From Octopus bimaculoides (Eukaryota), in the NCBI RefSeq assembly GCF_001194135.2, contig NC_068986.1, positions 42,635,452-42,681,579 of the forward strand: a stretch of DNA of 46,128 nt, in the 5' to 3' direction. Shown here piece after piece: positions 23,700 to 34,945 of this stretch (position 1 is its first letter; each line of letters begins with the position of its first letter). A program made the position numbers and the translations under genes. A model generated the notes under the pieces. It did no database searches. It had not been told where the DNA came from and was given only the letters and a program-made list of their open reading frames with translations.

Positions 23700-24060
23700 A
23701 TCGGGAAAAGAGGAACTTATCCTCAATTCTGAAATCTGATGCAAATGCTTGCAACAGTGGAAACTCCAGTAAAGATGCCAAAAGGCCACGTGATAACATG
23801 AGAGGGAGTAATGGATTAAGTGTACCACCCAAGTTAAATACATAGAAAATTGCATAATAGTTGGATAGTGAGTAATATTGTATGAGGAGAGAAAGGTTGT
23901 TGGAAAGGCATGTATGGACATCAAGAACAGTTAATGGTAACATCAGCAGTAATTGAAAACAGCAAGAAGAGAAACACATATTTAAGCATGGCATAGATAC
24001 ATTAATGAACCCAATACTGTGTAACCATATTTCTGCTTGGTGCAGATACAGAATGTAAAG
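23700..24060 (+). mobile_element. Probable R4/Dong-clade (RLE-type) non-LTR RT remnant
   Basis: One frame reads NIV*GEKGCWKGMYGHQEQLMVTSAVIENSKKRNTYLSMA*IH, resembling EQKGC..G.YGCKEQLLI...I.EN......NLSMAWIDY of R4-type RTs. Confidence 0.55.
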
Positions 24061-24410
24061 TATTCCTAGTGCTACTGTATGCTTTGCCAGAATGAAGACA
24101 TCAGTACCATTGCAAAATAAAGAGATTGTTAAAAAGTAATCCCATTTCCATAAAAAAGAGGAATTATTTCCTCTTCTTTTTCCTCCAACTTGATTTCTTT
24201 AACAAATCTGCTGAATTCAAACCACCAATGGTTACTAACACTGTGAATAATGTGTAAACTATTTTATCTCAATGGGTCATACAAGAATGTAGTAAAAAAC
24301 AGTGCAGAGATGGTGAACCTACTAAAAACACAAGCCAGTGAGGGAGCTTCTGCACTCATGCAAACTACTAGAAATTGTAACCAAATTCTCTCAAGTCAGA
24401 TTTTGCTGTT

Positions 24411-24639
24411 TTAACCTTTTAGCATTTAAACCGGCCATATCTTACCCAGATATTTTATTTGTTTTATGTTCAAACTGGCCAACATTGGCCTTTCACACCT
24501 ACCCTACAATGTTAATCTAAAAATATACAGTCACATCACTGAAATTTCAAAGCCACAAAATAATACAGGATTAATTCAAAACTATGTGAATAAATATTAC
24601 ATTTGACTTGACAACGTAATCTGATTGCTAAAGGGTTAA
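24411..24639. mobile_element. TTAA-flanked MITE family 1 (piggyBac-type ends), complete
   Basis: ttaaccttttagcatt ... ttgctaaagggttaa; TTAA at both ends, 229 bp, non-coding. Confidence 0.85.
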
Positions 24640-25431
24640 AAAAAGATATGTTGGCCATTGTAGACTTTGGTGTACAAAAACACAGGATGGCCACTGTCAG
24701 AATACTTTTAATTATAATTCTGATTAATCAGGTTTGGCTTGGGTCTCAGCAACAACAATTTAAAACTTACATGATTTCAGAAATAATTAGATAAATACAT
24801 CAAGACTCCTTTAAGAGGTAGAGGTTCAGTTGAATATTTAGCTAGATTTAGAATAGAAACCTTATTAATGTATATGAAATTGATTTTGTGCTACCTAAAG
24901 AAACTCAGTGCAAGGAATAAGATTATAAGTATAGACATCTCAGTTATAAACTACAGCCATCTCACTTATAAACTACAGTTTCAATTTAATAATGCAAAGT
25001 TAATTAAACAGGAGAACCAAGAGAAGGGAAAATAGAGAAAAGAAAAAAAAAACATTTCTCATGCTGTCCTAAAGCTTGCATAGTTATGATATATTTACCA
25101 CTGGTACAGATGGCAAACCTTATAAAGAACGAGAATTAATCAAAGTAACCACAATGGGCCTGGTGTAAAACTTTGAAGCAACTAAACATATATTGTTTGG
25201 TCATAAATTAAGAAGTCATGTAAACAATGAAAATCAATCTTTTGTCTCTGAACATGGAAGCAATGAAGTCTTAGCGGAAAGTGAAATGCATTGACAAATA
25301 AAAGATTTAAGGACAACAGTCCTTCCTGTGGTTATATGTGATAATATAGATGATAAAGATGAAGTGAACCAATATGAAATGAACAGGTGCTAAAAAGCTT
25401 TGGACTAATGCAAAAATAGAAGTTTCTTTCT

Positions 25432-25672
25432 TCTTCTTAAGGTCAATTGCTACCTTTGAGTGGCACATCAGGCAGTCAGTGATTGTCAATTATCTTTGTC
25501 TCTGGCCAACTGGTATGCTTCTTCCTAGGTGATGATCAATCTGTCTAGGTCTTCTTTGAAGGTACTACACCATGTCTTCCTTGGCCAGCCTCTTTTTCAG
25601 GAGCATCCAATCCATGGCTGCTTTGGAAAACCTCTCCTCTGGCAGTCTTAGTATGTGTCCAGCCATTTTGTT
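25432..25672 (-). mobile_element. RTE-clade LINE extreme C-terminus and 3' end
   Basis: Reverse complement reads MAGHILRLPEERFSKAAMDW..PRKTWCSTFKEDLDRL..EEAYQLARDK. Confidence 0.75.
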
Positions 25673-26123
25673 TTTAGCTATACAAAATCAAGTTATTCAA
25701 TTAACCAAAAATATCAAAGCTATCAAAAACTCTCAACATATAGTAAATAATGAGGTTAAGCTCAACTATGCAATCAGCACAATACCAGATTAAGACATCA
25801 ACATTAACAAGCACTTACCTCGTATTTACCTGTTCATTCTTTATGCAGACTAATTATATTTATCTACAGATGTAGACAGATATGTTAATTGTACAATATG
25901 CATGTGAAACTTAGAAATAAATTATATCAGCATCTACCCAGTACAGTATGTGGGACATGTCTGTCCAGACTAAGGAAACTTAGGGCAACATTTTGAAAAT
26001 TGCTATAGAAAGTGTAACATGTAATTTACATGAGATACTTTCAATTTAGTAATCCCAACGGTACATATTCATCAAACCCCTCTCCCAGTACTGTAAAAGC
26101 TGTCAAAATAAACAGGAACACTA

Positions 26124-26354
26124 TTAACTCTTTCGTTATGTTATCTCTGTTTAAATACACAGCTTTGGCCTCAGTTTGTTTGGAAAATTATGAAGAATCT
26201 AGTAAAATAACTTTGTCATTGTTAACCTGGTGTTTGAAACATAAATTAGTATGAAATTTTGATGAGCAGTTTTAATTTACATCATACAATATCAGGAAGT
26301 TTGTAACATAGCACCAGTAGCAAGTTTTGGACAGATTGGTACCAAAAGGGTTCA
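26124..26354. mobile_element. TTAA-MITE family 2, diverged
   Basis: ttaactctttcgtta ... ggtaccaaaagggtt; interior aligns with 41879-42101. Confidence 0.65.
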
Positions 26355-26622
26355 GAAAAAAAAGAAAAGCAGTTAAATCTTAGAGCAGTTTAGATGTTTA
26401 TACAAACATCTAACTATAATTAAAAATAATGCTATACACATAATGGTGAGGAGAAATATCTACATGCATCTACTGAAACCATTTAATAATGCTTGGAAAT
26501 CTAAACACAAGAGCACACATGTTACAGTGAGGTTAGAGTATCTACAATTAAACAGACGTCAGTATTTTTAAGTACTTTAGTATATGCTTTCAAATTTTTG
26601 TACAAAGTCATCAGTATTTTTT

Positions 26623-26802
26623 GGGTAGGGGGTAAGTCAATTACAGCAACCCCAGTGCTCAACTGGTACTTATTTTATCAACTTTGAAAGGATGAAAGGC
26701 AAAGTTGAGCATGACGAAATTTGAACGCAGCACATAAACAGCCAGAAGAAATACTGCTAAGCATTTTAGCCAGCATGCTAATGATTCTGCCAGCTCACCA
26801 CC
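26623..26802 (-). mobile_element. SINE family E
   Basis: Reverse complement aligns with 28155-28320 (ggtggtgagctggcagaa..gcctttcatcc..aagtaccag). Confidence 0.8.
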
Positions 26803-26986
26803 TTGGTACTTTAATATTTTAATGTCCAGAAGGATAAAAGTGGAGTTGACCTGGGATAAATTTTAATTCATGAAGTTATCATGCACAATGGAAATCAATG
26901 TGAATAAATATCCAGTTTGTCTGACTCTCTATCTCTTCAGTTATCCACCACCCTTCTTGTTGCTGTTGTTGTTATAGTAGTAGCAA

Positions 26987-27325
26987 GGTGTATGACTGAG
27001 TGGTTAGAGCATCAGACTCACAATCATGAGGTAGTGAGTTCAATTCCTGTACTGGGCTGTATGTTCTGATCTTGAGCAAGACACTTTATTTCATATTGCT
27101 CCAGTTCACTCAGCTGTAGAAATGAGTTGTGACATCACCAGTGCCAAGCTATATCAGCCTTTGCCTTTCTGTTGAATAACATTGGTGGCATGGAAAGGGG
27201 AGGCTGATATGCATGGACGACTGTTGGTCTTCTATAAACAACCTTGCTTGGACTTGTGCCTTAGAGGGTAACTTTCTAGGTGCAATCCCATGGACATTCA
27301 TGACCGAAGTGGGGTCACCTTTTTT
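26987..27325 (+). mobile_element. tRNA-derived SINE family F with a CORE/V-like central domain
   Basis: A box tgactgagtggttagag, B box gagttcaattcct, then cttgagcaagacact..ctccagttcactcagctgtagaaatgagt. Confidence 0.75.
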
Positions 27326-27647
27326 AAGTAGTAGTAGTAATTTCTAATATAGGCGTAAGGCCTGAAATTTAAGGTAAGTGGTTTAGTTGATTGAATCCTG
27401 TTCCCAGTACTTTATTTGTACTTTGCTTTAATTGATGTTGAAGTTATAGAAAGTAAAGTTGGCCTCTGCATGATTTGAATTCAGATTAGTGAGAGCTGGA
27501 ATGAGTACCACAAGGTATTATATCTAATACTCTAATGACTCTGTCAATCAACATTAGTTTAAGGTGACAGTATTAATTTTATGAGTTCTTAACCAATATA
27601 AATATTGTCTTCTGGTACCAATCTTATTAATTTTGTCGCTCCAGTGA

Positions 27648-27689
<42 letters not shown>

Positions 27690-27690
<1 letters not shown>

Positions 27691-29253
27691 CACACACATA
27701 CCCAGGCCTATTCCCCATTTTCTTTTTAGGAGTGGGTAGCCACTACGCATTCCATTCATTTCCCAATTTCCCAGCTCAAAGGAACGAGCACCAGTCTCTA
27801 CTCGGGTGATGGCATAGAACGTAACCCCCAATATCAACAGCGGGGCCTGACAACATATACTGGTTTACCTCCACTGCATCATGCTGGGTCTGTACCCCTT
27901 TGTGTAACACCAAAATCTACTCATCCACCCACAAACACTCTCCAAGCTTTCCTATCATTTATAAACTCTCTTGCTTCTCTCACTCCAACATCTCTAACCA
28001 CCAAAGCTTTCATCACTCCATCCATCTACACAAACTGAGGTCTGCCTCTGGTTCTGCTACCTACCACTTCAGCCTTCATCCCCCTCTTTACTACCCGCTT
28101 GTCATCCATCCTCTCCATGTGGCCAAACCACCTCAACATTCGTCTATCCAATTTGGTGGTGAGCTGGCAGAAATGTTAGCATGGCGGAAAAATGCTTAGC
28201 GATATTTCGTCTGCCATTACATTCTGAGTTCAAATTCCATCGAGGTCAACTTTGCCTTTCATCCTTTTGGGGTAGATCAAATAAGTACCAGTTACACACT
28301 AGGGTCGATGTAATCAACTTAATCCCTTTGTCTGTCCTTGTTTGTCCCCTCTATGTTTAGCCCCCTGTGGGCAATAAATAAATAAATTTGGCTGTTAATT
28401 TTCTCTCATTCCTGCTCATCTTCGCACCTCCTCATTTCTCATCCTGTCCATCTGTGTCACACCAACCCTTAGCCTTTGGACATCTCATCTCAAACACATC
28501 TAGTCTCCTCCTTTCCATCTCACTTAGCCCCCCACCCCACGTCTCTGCACCATATCACATTGTCAGTACAATTGCACCCTCATACACCTTTTTGTTTTCA
28601 CACTCAACCTTTTATCTCTCAGCATACCTTTCACAACTCTAAGTATCTTACTCCCCTCCCTCACTCTGTATCCCACCTCCTCAGCCAACCTCCCCATCCA
28701 CCATTACATGTGACCCCCAGAACCTTAAAAACACTCACCTCCTCGAACATCCCTATTTATACTCACATCCATCCTACCAGCCATTCCATCTCTCAAACAT
28801 CTCATCACCTTACTCTTGGCTACATTCATTTTCAGTTTCCTCCTCTCACACACTCTTCCAAACTCTACCACCAGTTTCTTCAGTTGCTCTTCTGAGCCCA
28901 CCACCAGTGCTGTATCATCAGCAAACAATAACTGACTCACCTGCCATTTCTTTCCATTTTCTTCTACCATTTGGGCTCCCTTACCTAGGGTTCTAGGTAC
29001 ACCACACCATCCATATATAAATTAAACAGCCACGTAGACATCACACAACCCTGTCTTAACCCCACCATCACATCAAACCACTCACTTATTTCAACAACCA
29101 TCCTAACACACACCCTACTTTTATAAAATCTCTGAACAACTCTCAACAATCGACCATATACACCATACAACTACAACACCTGCCACATTGCATCCCTATG
29201 CACTCAGTCATATACCTTCTCTAGAGCCTTTATGGACCTAGAGAAGGCATGTG
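27690..29253 (-). mobile_element. 5'-truncated RTE-clade LINE (RT through 3' UTR), interrupted by a SINE
   Basis: GLRQGCVMSTWLFNLYMDGVV, QLLFADDTALV..KLKMNVAKSKVM, LRWFGHMERMD. (TA)n at the 3' end (27652-27687). Confidence 0.9.
28155..28386 (+). mobile_element. Full-length SINE family E inserted into the RTE
   Basis: ggtggtgagctggcagaa head, gagttcaaattcc B box, (AATA)n tail; RTE sequence continues on both sides. Confidence 0.9.
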
Positions 29254-29304
29254 TGAAATAATATTACTATTAATAATATTGAATATTTTTTTCCTAATTT
29301 GCAG

Positions 29305-29404
29305 AAAATGAAGTCTCACCTGTACCTTCTGATATGCAGCTTTCATCAGCAGTAGAAACTACTGATGGCCAGCAGACAAAAGTATCTCCCAAGGCTCCAG
29401 AACA
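29305..29404 (+). CDS. TRAF3IP1: Internal coding exon B of TRAF3IP1/IFT54 (100 nt, phase 1 to 2): (E)NEVSPVPSDMQLSSAVETTDGQQTKVSPKAPE(H)
   Basis: tttttttcctaatttgcag acceptor, CA|gtatgt donor, open frame. Phases match exon A (G+AA=Glu) and exon C (CA+T=His). The peptide is low-complexity, so identity rests on phase continuity. Confidence 0.75.
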
Positions 29405-29849
29405 GTATGTATTGTATTTAAATATACTGTCACAACTATTCATGTTATTTATGATATATGTTATAATATTCTAAAACCAGACTCTTTTTACAATCATTTT
29501 ATTACTATAATTAAGACTATATATGTAACCATAGAAATTCTAATACACTACTTCAATGATGATGTTTGTATTTCTTATTCCCAGGTTTATTTCATACTAT
29601 ATGATACTGGGTTTTGTTGTTTCTTTAGCTGCAGATGAAGAAAATGAGGTCTTTCATTGATTGGTTTTTCTTTTTAAAGTTTATCAGGAGAAGAGGTGTG
29701 GAAAAAGCAGTGTCAATGACTTTGCAGACTGGTGAGATCGATGCAGATTATGTCCAGTTTGAACTTAAGCAAGTCACTGTCATTGCAGGATGAATGTGGA
29801 CGGGGAGGGAACTAGAGATCTGGTTCCAATGCTTACAACAGAGTAAACT

Positions 29850-30360
29850 TGTGACTATATTAGGGATGCCGAAAAGTAATGTTCTTTTTGCAAGCAAATA
29901 GTCTGACATTATGTAGCATGAATAGTTTACCAGCTGTCTTCTAATAGCTGTCTGAAAAAAGAGCTTGTATACTAGGCCAAAGTCATGGATTCCAACAGTA
30001 ATAGACATACATCAGAATGATGGGCACCTTGTTCAAGGAAAGATACACACAGCATCTGACATCATTCTGGGGACAAAAATAGAAGACACGTGACATCCCT
30101 ATCCAATATGATAGGGACATTGAAAGAAGCAAGCAAGCAATCCCCAGATAACATGGAGCATTATTGCTAAGGCCAGGAAGTACAGGGGACAGGGTATCAA
30201 ATGTGAGCTTTGCATTACTGAAAAGCTAGACATCATCCAGTCAAGAGATAACATCTTAAACATTAGAGCTGAAACTTTCTCTTTCTGCATGCTCTACCAA
30301 TATTTCACACTCCAACATTTCAAAGAACCACCACCCACTCTATTGATCCCACCAGGATAG
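29850..30360 (+). mobile_element. Penelope-like element GIY-YIG endonuclease remnant
   Basis: Across frameshifts: CLKKELVY*AKV..YI..FKERYTQHLTSF..ITWSIIAKARKYRGQGIKCELCITEKLDIIQSRDNILNIRAETFSFC, the typical PLE C-terminus. Confidence 0.8.
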
Positions 30361-30685
30361 GTTTCTTTCCTCTGAATGTGAACATTAAATATATACATCA
30401 TATGAACTCCACACATAGAAGACACATGCCTTAATAGTGAACTCCCTCAATATACAAACATATGAATATTACACATACCCAGCAGATAACATGATATAAA
30501 CAAACTTATCATTCAGCACAGTTTTTTCCAAAAGTTAAATCCAAGGGTGATAATCGCCCAAAGATTATTAAGTTGTTGCTTAAGAGTTGTCTCTTTTGAT
30601 TTCTTTAATTTTTTTTTTTTACCAAAAGTTCTCATGAGACTTTCTCGTAAATTCCTGTGCTTTTTGTGTTTTAATCCAAAATGGA

Positions 30686-30872
30686 TTGACAACTGGTATT
30701 GGTGTGTTTACATCCCTATAACTTAGCAGTTCAGTAGAAGATACTGATAGAGTAAGTACCAGGCTTAAAAAAGAAAACAAGTACTGTGGTCGATTCATTT
30801 GACTACAAATCCTTCAAGGTGGGGTCCCAACATGGCTGCAGTCTAAGGACTGAAACAAGTAAAAGATAAAAG
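30686..30872 (+). mobile_element. SINE family A, 3' part
   Basis: Aligns with 10580-10750. Confidence 0.8.
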
Positions 30873-30976
30873 AAGGAACCTCAACAAAAGATATGTACAC
30901 TCACACACACATACACACCCGTGTATACACATGTGCACATGTCTGTGTGTTTGTGCGTGTATATATATATTTATGT

Positions 30977-31480
30977 GGAGGCGCAATGGCCCAGTGGTTA
31001 GGGCAGCGGACTCACGGTCATAGGATCGCGGTTTCAATTCCCAGACTGGGCGTTGTGAGTGTTTATTGAGCGAAAATACCTAAAGCTCCACGAGGCTCTG
31101 GTAAGGGATGGTGGCGAACCCTGCTGTACTCTTTCACCACAGCTTTCTCTCACTCTTACTTCCTGTTTCTGTTGTGCCTGTAATTCAAAGGGTCAGCCTT
31201 GTCACACGTGTCTNNNNNNNNNNTGTGAGTGTTTATTGAGCGAAAATACCTAAAGCTCCACGAGGCTCTGGTAAGGGATGGTGGCGAACCCTGCTGTACT
31301 CTTTCACCACAGCTTTCTCTCACTCTTACTTCCTGTTTCTGTTGTGCCTGTAATTCAAAGGGTCAGCCTTGTCACACGTGTCTCTGGAGTGCTCAGCCAC
31401 TTGCACGTTAATTTCACGAGCAGGCTGTTCCGTTGAACTGGAACCCTCGACGTCGTAAGCGACGGAGTGCCAACAAACAA
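30977..31480 (+). mobile_element. SINE family B, full-length, with an assembly-gap duplication
   Basis: tRNA-like head ggaggcgcaatggcccagtggttaggg..ggtttcaattccc; 3' end gtcgtaagcgacggagtgccaacaa. 31054-31213 is repeated identically at 31224-31383 across 10 Ns. Confidence 0.92.
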
Positions 31481-31753
31481 ATATATATTTATGCATCAAT
31501 GCATCTTTTGAAATTTTATTTTTACATTTTCATAATTATAAGCATCATCATCATTGTCGTCATCACTATTATCATTTCATGGGGTGTCACTGTAGAACTA
31601 GACTGGCTTTTATTTATTTTCATCTTTGTGAGTGTTGCCCAGAGGTGCTGTGGCAGACATGGATATCAGAGGTATGTAAATAGTGGTGAACAAATATAAG
31701 GTAGAGGAAGTTTGTGGCAGGTGGTTAATACTTAAATCTCACATCCACTAGCA

Positions 31754-33074
31754 TTAACCCTTTAGCATTCAGATTACTTTGTCAAATGTAATGTGTATTT
31801 ATTCACATTGTTTTGATTTGAGCATCATCATCATTATCATCATCATTCAACACCTGTTTTCCATACTGGTATGGGTTGGGCAGTTTGACCAGAGCTGCAC
31901 CAAGCTCCAGTCTCATTTGGCATAGTTTCTATAGCTGGTTGCCCTTCCTGATGTCAACCACTTTATAGAGTGTGCTGGGTGCTTTTATGTGGCACTGCAC
32001 AAGTGCCTTTCTTGTGACACTGGCACAAGTGCACCTTACATGGTACTGGCATGAGTGACCTTTACATGACACTGGCACAGGACTCTTTCAGGCCAATTGT
32101 CTTCTCCAGGGCAAATAATTGTTTTGGTTCAATTAACAAAGCATCCTGAAGTTGAAATTATTTGCTGCTAATTAAAACACAAGTCAACAAGAAAGTCTCT
32201 ACTTGCTAGAAATAGCAGTCAAATCTCACTCAACTGTCTTAAGGTAATCTAGTCCAACATACCATCCAAAAGACATGATTATAGCTGGAATATCTCTCAG
32301 AGCTGACCTACAATTAAGTCTGCTGTGGAGTACTGGTCTTCTTGAGGATATCAAGGTGCTAGGTATCATGGTCCTTTGTCATCTCATCTGAAATGTTCAG
32401 TGTCTTGAGGTCATCCTTCAATACTTCATCTCACATCTTCCTTGGTCCTCTCCTTCCATGAGTTCTATCTACTTTTAGAGATTGGCACTTCTTTATGGAG
32501 CTGTCGGCATCCATCCGCATCACATGATCAAACCACTGCAGTCCTCTCTCTTGCACACTGCATCTCATTTCTCTTATGTCTACCTACTTTCTCAATACAC
32601 TAGCACTTTGTCAAAAATGTACACTTACATTACACATCCAGTGGAGCATACTAGCCTCATTCCTCTCTAACCTTCACATGTCCTCTGCATTCAGGGCCCA
32701 CATCTCACTACCATGTAGAATTGCTGTCCATATACATGCATCATACTATCTTCCTTCCACTTGGAGAGAGAAACCTTTCATAGCCAACGGAAGTAAAAGC
32801 TCTCTGAATTTCCTCCATCCTATTTTTATTCTAGCTATTACACTAGCCGTACCTCCTCCCCCACTACTAATTTGGTTCTCTATGTAGCATAGATTATCTA
32901 CTACCTCTAACGGGCTACCAGGGCATTTGAGAGAATCAGTCTTTATGCATGTGATTGTATATTTTTAGTATGACATTGTAAGGTAGGTATGAGAGGCCAG
33001 GTCTGGTCAGTCTGAATATTAAGCAGGTAGAATATTTTGGCCAGGTAGGGCCGGTTTAAATGCTAAATAGTTAA
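31754..33074. mobile_element. TTAA-MITE family 1 split by nested insertions (left arm 31754-31822, right arm ~32946-33074)
   Basis: ttaaccctttagcattcag.. and ..ggtttaaatgctaaatagttaa are the two halves of the 24411/36585 MITE. Confidence 0.8.
31823..32945 (-). mobile_element. RTE-X-like LINE (ORF 32317-32945) with its (GAT)n-tailed 3' module (31823-~32090), interrupted by another repeat (~32095-32316)
   Basis: The ORF part is homologous to about 6130-6700. The 3' module is homologous to 45895-46128. Confidence 0.8.
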
Positions 33075-33099
33075 AGCCACCTCTCTTGACTGTAGCCCC

Positions 33100-33320
33100 A
33101 CTCATTTGAAGGGGATCTTGGTTTTGTGAGCTATATGGTTACCTCACTGGTGTTATTGCCATGAAAAAAAAACACCCAGTATTCTCTGTAAAATGGTTGG
33201 AATTAGGAAGAGCAAGCAACTGTAGAAACTATGCCAAATCTAGCGTAAGAAAATCACACTATCAGATCCTGTCAAATTGTCCAACCCATGCCAGCATAGG
33301 AGATGTTAAAAGATGATGAT
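33100..33320 (+). mobile_element. (GAT)n-tailed retroelement 3' module
   Basis: cacccagtattctctgtaaaatggttggaattaggaagagc..aacccatgccagcat..gatgatgatg. Confidence 0.75.
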
Positions 33321-33632
33321 GTGTGTGTTTGTATGTATGTATGTATGTGTGTGTGTATATATATATATCTATATATATATATATAGATATGTATATATAT
33401 ATATGTGTGTGGTTGTGCATTTGTGTATTTATATATGCATTCATACAGCTAGGGAAAACTTCGAAGTCACTGTCAACAAGAATAAATTTGTGCTGTACAA
33501 AATTACCAAATAACCCATCAGGTTAATATAAGATTATTTTTATTATAACTGAACATAAAAACAGGCATTAACATATATATTCTTTTACTTGTTTTTGTTG
33601 TTTTGACTGTGGCCATGCTGGAGCACCGCTTT

Positions 33633-33635
33633 TTA

Positions 33636-33712
<77 letters not shown>
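33633..33712. repeat. (TA)n microsatellite, ~80 bp
   Basis: Seen directly; adjoins a SINE-A 3' fragment at 33581-33632. Confidence 0.95.
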
Positions 33713-33715
<3 letters not shown>

Positions 33716-34669
33716 GATTTTATTTATATATCACATGCCGAAGGTAATACCCACTGCTATTTGGTTGCAACTGTTATAGAATATGCTTTTGTATAAAATT
33801 GCTTTTGTAAACATCAGACAGTGTGGTATTTTCATGAAAGTTCATAGCACTAATTAGATGCTGTGGCAGCTAAATCACTCGATGGTCAACAGTTCATTCT
33901 AATTCTTTACTACTTGGAGGTTGTAGAGACATTGTTGATAACTACAATTCTAAAATGTTGAACTTTGAACATTTTGGCTGCAGATAGCTGCTTGCCTATT
34001 ATATAATGATGCTCACTCAGTTTATTCATGTATATGTGAGTATATTGAAGAAGTTTTGTTGATATTTAATATATTGTTAAAGCATAGATTTTAGCCTAAA
34101 CAATGTGGATAAGTCAATTATTTTCAATGAAATGGTCAAAGAAAGCCAATTGCAGAGTTGATAGTATACAGGTATGAAACTTTAAGCAAAGGTATGGCGT
34201 GGGTGATATCAGTTTGAATGGAATTCAAAGAACTAAGTTTGGGTAAGTTAAGAAAATTGCTTTTAGTTTCACATTCAAAAGGATTTGGAGAAAAGATTTG
34301 TATAGCTACACTAACTTGAAAAAAAAGATAAGATACAAGCAAAAAAAAACCCCAAATATATGGACAAAAACAACAAAAATAATGAACACGAGTAAAATGT
34401 TGTTATAGCCAACTGAAAGAAATAATATAATTAATGTTTCTTTTGCAATTGTCCTATGACAAAGAGGAAAAAGAAGAGAAAGAAATAAAATTAGAGGTAG
34501 TCGGGTGGTGAGGCAGGACTATAATGTAAGATTCAGAGATGAAGCATATTGGAATGACAGACGGGAAGTGACTAAAATAGAAGAGAGTTAGTTGTTTCTA
34601 ACAAAGTTTAAACATGTAGTTAGGGAGATTTAAGCACTGGAGTAGTATAGTTGAAATAGGTGTGTGTTT

Positions 34670-34920
34670 ATCATCATTGTCATTTAATATCCCTTGCATG
34701 TTGGTATAGGTTGCACAGTTTGATATGAACTGAGCAAGCAGAAGGCTGCATTGAGATACAGTGTCTGCTTCAGCATGATCTCTACAGTTGGATGCCCTTC
34801 CTAATGCCAATCACTTAACAAAATGTACAGGATACTATTTTTCATTGCACCTACACTGGTGAGGTCACCAAGTACCTGCAAGATAAGACTCTTTAACTGA
34901 ATGGGGTATAGTATTGAGGG
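34670..34920 (-). mobile_element. (GAT)n-tailed retroelement 3' module
   Basis: tcatcattgtcatttaatatcccttgcatg..ctacagttggatgcccttcctaatgccaa. Confidence 0.7.
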
Positions 34921-34945
34921 GTATAAAATTATGATAGAGGTATAA

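Noticed and set aside
29629-29648. Possible micro-exon (ttctttag|CTGCAGATGAAGAAAATGAG|gtcttt)
   Set aside because: Weak donor, and both possible acceptors put a TGA in frame after exon B. It would need junction reads to be considered, even as a poison exon.
33262-33526. ORFs rich in YI/CV/HT repeats (also 10371-10684, 12456-12645, 27589-27837, 30843-31037, 37993-38373)
   Set aside because: Translations of (TA)n/(TG)n microsatellites and SINE interiors.
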